From an uncultured Aminicenantes bacterium (GTDB taxonomy: Bacteria; Acidobacteriota; Aminicenantia; UBA2199): 64,000 bases of DNA. Shown piece after piece: positions 56,973-64,000 of this stretch. Every line of letters starts with the position of its first letter. Within the stretch, counting starts at the first letter, position 1. The notes under the pieces are model-generated. The model made no database searches, was not told where the DNA came from, and worked only from the letters and a program-made list of their open reading frames with translations. The stretch spans positions 1 to 64,000 of the forward strand of contig CBDAFS010000034.1 of assembly GCA_965195285.1 (NCBI GenBank), read 5' to 3'. A program made the translations under genes and the position numbers.

Positions 56973-59303
56973 ATGAAACGATTGAAAAAAATCCTGCTGT
57001 TTAGCCTGGCTCTCATTTTATTGCTGCTGGCCCTGGCCCTGATCCTGCTCAACCAGTCACTGCCCCCCACCAGTGGTGAGATTGTAGTGACGGGAATTCA
57101 GCACCCGGTCATTATCAAGCGAAATACCTGGGGTGTACCCCTCATCGAAGCCCGTTCCCGACAGGACTTGTTCTTTGCCATTGGATTTCTGCATGCTTCG
57201 GACCGGCTGCTGCAGATGGATTTGAATCGGCGCTACGCCACCGGAAGACTCTCGGAAATATTCGGGGAAAGAACCCTTGAACTGGATCGGTTTCACAAGG
57301 ATATGCTGGTTGAAGAAGCAGCGGAAAAAATTGCCGGCAATCTCTCCCCCCGCCAATCAGAGCTTCTGCTTCACTACTGCCGGGGAGTGAATGCCTTTAT
57401 CGACACCCAGAAATTACCTCCGGAATTTACCCTGTTGAATTACCGGCCCGAAGCCTGGAAACTGAAAGATATTGCCAGTATTTTCAAAAACATGGAACTC
57501 ATATTAGCCGGGTCCGGGTCCGAACTTTTCAATGCCAAGGTCCTGGAGGTATTCGGGGCTGAGCGGGCCAAAAAACTCATCCAGGGCCTGCACGGCGCCA
57601 CCATAATCAATCCGGATGAATATCAGCAAATCTACAAAAACCAAAGTTTGAAGACCGCATTTCTAAGGGAAATCAATCAGATGGGCAACCGGATTGGCAG
57701 CAACAGCTGGGTGATATCCGGTAGCAGAACCGATACCGGGCATCCCCTCCTGGCCAACGATCCCCATCTTCCCAATACTTTTCCCAGTCATTTTTACCAG
57801 ATTTTTGCCAGAACCGATCAATATGAGTTGTCGGGACAGACCTTTCCCGGTGCTCCTATTCTTATCATCGGCAGAAATGCCCGGGTGGGCTGGGGATTCA
57901 CCAATACCGGGACCGATGTGATCGATTACCTGATCCTGGAAATAAATCCGCAAAACCCCGATCAATATAAGCTGGACGAAAAGTGGGTTAATTTCAAAAT
58001 CATCAAAAAAATCATAAAAATAAAGGGCAAAGCGAATATTGACCATCCGGTTAAAGTGTCCCGGTTCGGCCCCGTACTCCGGGAAGGCAGGCGATCTTAT
58101 GCCAGGCATTCGATCATGCAATATCCCTCCACGATCCTGGATGCCTTTCAGGAGATGAATTTTTCCCGCAATATCGATGAGTTTATTGCCGGGCTAAAAA
58201 AGTTTTCTTCACCGGCTCAGAATGTGGTCATGGCCGATAACCGGGGAAATATTGCCTATTTCCCGACCGGGCTCATCCCCAAAAGAAGAACCGGCACCGG
58301 GGCCTTCCCGATCCGGGCCAGCCGCAGCACCGACATCTGGGAGGGTTTTTATACTGAAGAAGAAAAGCCATTGTTGATAAATCCGGAAAAGGGTTATGTG
58401 GTGACCGCCAACAATCCGGTGATTCCCGACAGTCAGCTTCCCCTATTTGCCCGGAACTGGTACCCTTCTTTCAGGGCCGACCGCATCGATGGCCTGATAA
58501 ACCGAAAAAACCGCTTGTCCATCCGGGATATTCAAGCTATTCAGACCGATAGCTTTCTCAGCGGAGCTGCGTTCCTGATCAGACAAGTAAAAAACTTCAG
58601 TTTTACATCGGAAAAAGCCAATTTCGTCATGAAACACCTGCGAGCCTGGGATTTCAAAACCGAAACCGGGCTGGCCCCGTATTTGTTCTACAAATTCGAA
58701 CATCTTTTGAACCGGAATACCTTCAGCGACCACATCAAAGATCAAGAATTAAAGAAAAAACTGATTTCCTACACCTGGATATACCGGATCCTCGACTACC
58801 CCGAGGGCCGGACCGATCCGGATGAACTTGCTTTCTGGATGAATGACATCAATACCCCGGCCAGAGAAGGTTTCAGGGAAATGGTGGCCACTAGCCTGAT
58901 CGATGTCTATGACCTGTATCAGGAGGAATCCCGACACCGGGATCTGTCCTGGGAAAGTGTGCATACCCTTTCCTTTCAGCATCCCCTGGGCTCGATCCCG
59001 GTGCTGAAAGGGCTGCTGAATCGGGGACCATATTACATGCCCGGAGGTCGGAACTGTATATTAACCGCCAGTTTCCGACAGTCCCGGGGATTCAGTATCA
59101 CCTTCCTATCCACATTTCGAATGCTCCTGGATTTTTCCGATTTTTCAAACTCACTTTTTATCAATTCCTCAGGGCAGAGCGGTCATTTCCTGAGCCCCAA
59201 CTACGACGATCAGATCGATTTATTTATAAACTTGAAATACCGCAAAATGGAAGACTTCAGTGAAAATCTGAAAATATTGAGGTTAATCCCGGGAAATCAA
59301 TAA
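56973..59303 (+). CDS. penicillin acylase family (Ntn hydrolase) protein
   Basis: WGVPLI, DRLLQMD, GSNSW (Ser nucleophile), LLANDPHL, TANN, GQSGH...YDDQ. Confidence 0.92.
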   Translation: MKRLKKILLFSLALILLLLALALILLNQSLPPTSGEIVVTGIQHPVIIKRNTWGVPLIEARSRQDLFFAIGFLHASDRLLQMDLNRRYATGRLSEIFGERTLELDRFHKDMLVEEAAEKIAGNLSPRQSELLLHYCRGVNAFIDTQKLPPEFTLLNYRPEAWKLKDIASIFKNMELILAGSGSELFNAKVLEVFGAERAKKLIQGLHGATIINPDEYQQIYKNQSLKTAFLREINQMGNRIGSNSWVISGSRTDTGHPLLANDPHLPNTFPSHFYQIFARTDQYELSGQTFPGAPILIIGRNARVGWGFTNTGTDVIDYLILEINPQNPDQYKLDEKWVNFKIIKKIIKIKGKANIDHPVKVSRFGPVLREGRRSYARHSIMQYPSTILDAFQEMNFSRNIDEFIAGLKKFSSPAQNVVMADNRGNIAYFPTGLIPKRRTGTGAFPIRASRSTDIWEGFYTEEEKPLLINPEKGYVVTANNPVIPDSQLPLFARNWYPSFRADRIDGLINRKNRLSIRDIQAIQTDSFLSGAAFLIRQVKNFSFTSEKANFVMKHLRAWDFKTETGLAPYLFYKFEHLLNRNTFSDHIKDQELKKKLISYTWIYRILDYPEGRTDPDELAFWMNDINTPAREGFREMVATSLIDVYDLYQEESRHRDLSWESVHTLSFQHPLGSIPVLKGLLNRGPYYMPGGRNCILTASFRQSRGFSITFLSTFRMLLDFSDFSNSLFINSSGQSGHFLSPNYDDQIDLFINLKYRKMEDFSENLKILRLIPGNQ

Positions 59304-59371
59304 AAGAATTAATGGAAAATGATAATCTAGATACAATTTGATTTTTTCTCTATCAAATATTATTATCAGAT

Positions 59372-60859
59372 ATGATTTCAAATAATACAAACATCTTATT
59401 TTCATTCTTGATATATCTTATTTTTATGCTTGGTATTGGAATAATATTTTATAGAAGAACAAAAAACTTATCTGATTATATTCTGGGTGGAAGAGGATTG
59501 AACAGCTGGGTAACTGCAATGAGTGCACAGGCCTCTGATATGAGTGGATGGCTATTAATGGGGTTACCAGGATATGCATATATTGCAGGCCTGGAATCTC
59601 TATGGATAGCAATTGGATTAGGTGTGGGAACTTATTTAAACTGGAAATTTGTTGCAAAACGCCTAAGAAAATATACTGAGTATGCAGGAAATTCACTTAC
59701 AATACCTGATTATTTTGAAAACAGGTTCAAAGATAATTCAAAAATCCTTCGTATTGTATCAGCTTGTTTTATATTGATATTTTTCTTGATCTATACATCC
59801 TCTGGATTTGTTGCTGGCGCAAAACTCTTTAGTACGGTTTTTGGATTATCTTACGAAAATGGTTTATTCATTGGGGCATTTGTTATTATTTCTTATACCT
59901 TTTTAGGCGGATTTATGGCAGTAAGCTGGACAGATTTTTTTCAGGGAATGATTATGTTTGTCGCTATCATTGTTGTTCCAATGGCAGGGATTAATCTTCT
60001 TGGAGGACTTGAATCAGTTTGTTTTTCAATAAAAAATATAAATCCGGAATTGTTAAATATGTTTACCAAAATAGATGGGACCACTCTTTCTATTATCTCT
60101 ATAGTCTCATTGCTTGCATGGGGTCTTGGATACTTTGGACAGCCACATATACTTGCCCGTTTTATGGCAATCCGCTCTCCGGAAAGAATCAAACGAGCCC
60201 GCCACATAGCTATGATCTGGGTTGTAATAAGTTTATTCAGTGCTGTAATTATTGGTGTTATAGGCAGAGCATATCTTCAAACATCTTTAAATCAAGCTGA
60301 AGCAGAAACCGTTTTTATAATTTTAGTTAATAGTTTTATTATTCCTGTTGTTGGAGGCATATTAATGGCAGCAATTTTAGCAGCAATAATGAGCACAGCT
60401 GACTCTCAACTACTTGTCACTTCTTCAGCTATTACAAAAGATTTCTATAAGGTTTTATTTAGAAAAAAGGCAGGTCACAAAGAACTTGTTTGGATAAGCC
60501 GAGCAGCTGTTATTGTAGTTGCAATAATAGCTTATATAATAGCATTAAACCCCAAAAGCAGTGTTTTAGGCCTTGTTGCATACGCATGGGCAGGTTTTGG
60601 AGCTGCATTTGGCCCTCTTGTGCTAATCTCTCTATTTTGGAAAAGAATGACAAGAACAGGTGCAATCGGAGGAATTAGTATAGGAGGAATTGTTGTTATT
60701 ATATGGAAACAACTTGGTGGAGGCATTTTTAATATGTATGAAATAGTACCCGGATTCATACTTTCTGCATTGGCAATTATTATAATTAGCCTTCTGGATA
60801 AAAAGCCTTCAAGAGATATACTTAAAGAATTCGATTCTATAAATCAAACAGACCAATGA
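59372..60859 (+). CDS. putP: sodium/proline symporter
   Basis: SDYILGGR, ASDMSGWLLMGLPG, AVSWTD, LGYFGQPHILARF, MSTADSQLL. Confidence 0.93.
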   Translation: MISNNTNILFSFLIYLIFMLGIGIIFYRRTKNLSDYILGGRGLNSWVTAMSAQASDMSGWLLMGLPGYAYIAGLESLWIAIGLGVGTYLNWKFVAKRLRKYTEYAGNSLTIPDYFENRFKDNSKILRIVSACFILIFFLIYTSSGFVAGAKLFSTVFGLSYENGLFIGAFVIISYTFLGGFMAVSWTDFFQGMIMFVAIIVVPMAGINLLGGLESVCFSIKNINPELLNMFTKIDGTTLSIISIVSLLAWGLGYFGQPHILARFMAIRSPERIKRARHIAMIWVVISLFSAVIIGVIGRAYLQTSLNQAEAETVFIILVNSFIIPVVGGILMAAILAAIMSTADSQLLVTSSAITKDFYKVLFRKKAGHKELVWISRAAVIVVAIIAYIIALNPKSSVLGLVAYAWAGFGAAFGPLVLISLFWKRMTRTGAIGGISIGGIVVIIWKQLGGGIFNMYEIVPGFILSALAIIIISLLDKKPSRDILKEFDSINQTDQ

Positions 60860-61004
60860 AATGGATATATGATCTATCTTCAAATGAATTAACATAGATT
60901 TGTATCGATCTTGAAAGACATATCCGCTGCCTTTATTTTTCTTCGCCTCTTCCGGATAAAATTGATACCCCGTAATCATTAACCGCAAAAATGGGGTTGT
61001 TTAA

Positions 61005-62729
61005 TCAAACCGTACAGCAGCTGAGGTAACCGGCCGGTGAGCGATCCACCTTTACATAGTAAAAATACTTCAGCTTCTCAATTTCAGGAGCATCAACCGC
61101 ATAGGGTTCGGAAGGCCGGGTCTCCAGGTCTTGAGCCTGTTGTTGAGCTTGCTGAAAATATAATTCCCGGAGAGCTTCGAGCGGTTGGTTTTCAATTACA
61201 GGGGGCTCGAATGAATGGTCAATCTCCATGGGAAACTCCGTGTCCTGAAAACCTTCAAACCGCCATTCCCCGGAATGGATGTAAAACACATATTGTTGCA
61301 GAAACAGATGGCCCCGGTCAGCAATGAATTCCAGAGCCCGGATTAAGAACCGAATATCCGCCTCTGAAAAAGTGAAATGCAGGTTGATCCGGACCCATCC
61401 GGGTTTTAATCCATTCAGGCCCTGCTGGATAACCTCCCTGAATTCCTGGGACCTGGCATCATCAATATCGAGAAGAATATGCCCGTAGGGGCCCGCACAG
61501 CTGCAACCGGCCCTGGACTGGATGCCAAACAGGTCATTCAACAGCTTGGTAACGAACTTGGGATGCAGGATCCGGTCCTCGTGCCTGATATTGAAAGAAA
61601 TGATGGGGACGCGCTTACTGGGATCCAGATTTCCCAGAAAATGGAAGCCGGAATGATTCTTTAATGTGGAGAAAAACAGATCCAGGCTCTTTTGTTCAAA
61701 GGCTTTGATGGCCGGGACTCCTATTTTGTCTTTCAGGTCCATGACCAGTGCCGATTTGATGGCCTGCAGGATACCCGGCGTACCCGGCTTTTCTCGGGTT
61801 TCAATTTCCCGGCTGAAATCATGGCTGGTAAATCCCACATAATCAACGGTTCCGCCCCCGGCAGTGGTGGGAGACAGATCCTGACGGTAAATCCGCTGGT
61901 TGAAGATCAGAATCCCGCTGGTACCAGGACCACCCAGGAATTTATGGGGAGAGAAAAAAATGGCATCAAAGTAAGATTCCGGGTCCCGGTTCATATTGAT
62001 TTCTTCATAGGGGGCAATGGCGGCAAAATCAAAAAAAATCAGGGTATGATGACGGTGACAGATCCGGGCAATTTCATATACATCGGTTTTCAGCCCGGTG
62101 ATATTGGAGCCGGCTGAAAACGAGGCAAAGCGATTTCGGGAGGCATAGCAGGGGTCGGCCAACCGGGTTTCCAGGTCTTCCAGGTCAATCTCACCGGTCC
62201 TGCTTAACCGGATCACCTCAACCTTGGCCATAGACTCCCGCCACATCAAATCATTGGAATGATGCTCATAGGGACCCACGAAAACCACCGGACAGAACTT
62301 CTCGATGATCTCATTGAACCGGGCGGGGGAGATTCCCTTGGACAGCCGGCTTATACAATGGACCATGCGTTCCCGGGTAACCGGGGGCTGGTAAATGCCG
62401 ATGATCTTCTGGAGCCGTTCCAGAGCCCCGGTGGCACCACTTCCGGTAAAAACAATTCTTCCATCGGGTCCAGCATTGACCAGGGATTTAATCCGGTCCT
62501 CGGCCCGGTGCAGCAGGCGGGTAGTGCTGACTCCTGTATAATCATCCTCGGTATGGGAGTTGCCATAGGATTTCAGGATGTTGTTCATTTTATCTTCAAT
62601 AAAAGCCAATCCCCTTCCCGAAGCCGTATAATCGGCATAAAAAATATTCCTCTCCCCGAATGGGGTTTCGAACACCGTATCACTGCCGACAATCTGGCTT
62701 CTGATATAAGCCATTGTATAATCAGTCAT
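61005..62729 (-). CDS. class V PLP-dependent aminotransferase / cysteine desulfurase-like protein
   Basis: YADYTASGR, PYEHHSN, SPHKFLGGPG, QSRAGCSCAGPY. Confidence 0.88.
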   Translation of the reverse strand: MTDYTMAYIRSQIVGSDTVFETPFGERNIFYADYTASGRGLAFIEDKMNNILKSYGNSHTEDDYTGVSTTRLLHRAEDRIKSLVNAGPDGRIVFTGSGATGALERLQKIIGIYQPPVTRERMVHCISRLSKGISPARFNEIIEKFCPVVFVGPYEHHSNDLMWRESMAKVEVIRLSRTGEIDLEDLETRLADPCYASRNRFASFSAGSNITGLKTDVYEIARICHRHHTLIFFDFAAIAPYEEINMNRDPESYFDAIFFSPHKFLGGPGTSGILIFNQRIYRQDLSPTTAGGGTVDYVGFTSHDFSREIETREKPGTPGILQAIKSALVMDLKDKIGVPAIKAFEQKSLDLFFSTLKNHSGFHFLGNLDPSKRVPIISFNIRHEDRILHPKFVTKLLNDLFGIQSRAGCSCAGPYGHILLDIDDARSQEFREVIQQGLNGLKPGWVRINLHFTFSEADIRFLIRALEFIADRGHLFLQQYVFYIHSGEWRFEGFQDTEFPMEIDHSFEPPVIENQPLEALRELYFQQAQQQAQDLETRPSEPYAVDAPEIEKLKYFYYVKVDRSPAGYLSCCTV

Positions 62730-62750
62730 GACCACCTCATTTTTTTGCTT

Positions 62751-63194
62751 TCAGGAAAACTGCCTTTCAATAATAAAGGTGACCGGGCCGTCATTGATGG
62801 AATGGATCTGCATCATGGCTCCGAAGATCCCTTCTTCCACTTTGACGAATTCCGAAAGCCGCTCATTGAAAAGCCGGTACAATGATTCGGCCCGGGCCGG
62901 TTTCTCGGCATTGTTAAAGTCCGGCCTTCTTCCTTTCTTAATATGCGAGGCCAGGGTAAACTGGGAAATCGACAGAACGGTTCCCCCTACCTCGGCAAGG
63001 TTCAAATTCATTTTCCCCCCGGCATCCGGAAAGATTCTCAGGTTCACAATTTTATCCGCCATAAAATTGACCTCTCTCTCTCCATCATTTTTCTCCACAC
63101 CCACATAAACCAGCACTCCCCTGTTAATCTGGCCCACGGTCTCTTCTTCCACCGAGACCCTGGCCTGGCTTACCCGCTGTACCACCAGACGCAT
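62751..63194 (-). CDS. dtd: D-aminoacyl-tRNA deacylase
   Basis: MRLVVQRV, SQFTL, KGRRP, FGAMM, NDGPVT. Confidence 0.96.
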   Translation of the reverse strand: MRLVVQRVSQARVSVEEETVGQINRGVLVYVGVEKNDGEREVNFMADKIVNLRIFPDAGGKMNLNLAEVGGTVLSISQFTLASHIKKGRRPDFNNAEKPARAESLYRLFNERLSEFVKVEEGIFGAMMQIHSINDGPVTFIIERQFS

Positions 63195-64000
63195 CAGGGA
63201 GTCGCCTCCTTTTCTTTCACAAAAATGGATTTGAAAGCCCTGATAGGTAATGTCTTTTCGGTCTTATCGGCAGAATAATAGTGATAGACCGGTTTTAACA
63301 GCAGGGGGGAATTCAAATCAATAAAACTCTCGGAGATCCTCTCAGGGGGATCACCCACCCGGCCGGGGGCAGTTTTTTTTCGGTAAAATACCCGCAGGGC
63401 CAGTAGGAAATATGGACTACCCGGTCCAGCGACAATACGGGTTTCGGCAATCTCCAGCTGAAGCGGACAATTCACCATACCGGCCAGGGCCCGGAGCCCG
63501 AAACTGATCGGGACCTGAAAACCCAGGAAATAGTTGTCGGAGAAAACCCTTTCTCCGGAGGGGAAATCCCGCAGCAGTGGTTGTTGGGGGTTTTTGAATT
63601 CTTGCCCGAGCAGTTTTGCCAGTTCATTTTTGGCCGGGAAATCCGAATGGATTAACATATTCGGAACTTCATCGGCATCAGTCATTATCAGCTGATGAAT
63701 TCCCTGTTTCCCGGCTGTATTCCGGATATAAGAAACCAGTTTTTCCCGCCACTCATTCCGATCCCGCCGATTCTTCAGGACGGGGATCCGGCTCCGGTAT
63801 CTGGTATCTGTGCGACGGAACATTTTTTTTTCCCGTTGATCGGAAAAGGTGATGGCCACCATTTCCTGGTTCAGATCCTGAATCCTTAATTTCACATCCT
63901 TAATCTCCCGGCGGTAATGGTTGACATCGATCAGGGCCGGGAATAGATAAACAGCCAGATAGACCAGAATCAGGCCCAGGGTCAACAGAAAAAATCCCAA
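63194..64000 (-). CDS. hypothetical membrane-anchored protein, 5' end outside window (weakly PilO/GspM-like)
   Basis: N-terminal TM then coiled coil; frame open to the window edge; stop overlaps dtd start. Confidence 0.5.
   Translation of the reverse strand: MGFFLLTLGLILVYLAVYLFPALIDVNHYRREIKDVKLRIQDLNQEMVAITFSDQREKKMFRRTDTRYRSRIPVLKNRRDRNEWREKLVSYIRNTAGKQGIHQLIMTDADEVPNMLIHSDFPAKNELAKLLGQEFKNPQQPLLRDFPSGERVFSDNYFLGFQVPISFGLRALAGMVNCPLQLEIAETRIVAGPGSPYFLLALRVFYRKKTAPGRVGDPPERISESFIDLNSPLLLKPVYHYYSADKTEKTLPIRAFKSIFVKEKEATP

Overview
A gene-dense bacterial chromosomal segment, most likely from a diderm anaerobe. An Acidobacteriota/Aminicenantes-like origin is a tentative inference from gene content only. 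I saw no rRNA, tRNA, CRISPR array, integrase or transposase. The CCGG-rich backbone carries pdxA, an Hfq-like gene, a GlmU with a degenerate N-terminal domain, a TetR-TolC-HlyD-ABC (YbhGFSR-like) efflux operon, TonB/ExbBD genes, a GH36-like hydrolase, an ECF sigma/anti-sigma operon, a two-RND efflux system, ferredoxin-Mrp, a sigma54-preceded FecR/DUF6600 protein, nagZ, a ceramide-synthase-like GNAT, a penicillin-acylase-family gene, a class V aminotransferase and dtd. The most notable locus is a tightly coupled 7-gene redox operon (20.8-29.5 kb, minus strand): heptaheme cytochrome c, 4Fe-4S protein, NrfD, Tat-exported molybdopterin-family subunit that appears to have lost its Mo-ligand Cys, beta-propeller, hexaheme cytochrome c and a membrane NarI/HdrD fusion. 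Several compositionally foreign inserts interrupt the backbone (DUF5131 + DinJ/YafQ; hybrid kinase + Ca-ATPase; XRE islet; putP). One is bounded by a 49-bp duplication of the 3' end of an RND gene, and others have GGGG(A/T)CA-like motifs at their junctions. Family assignments come from motif recognition, not database searches.
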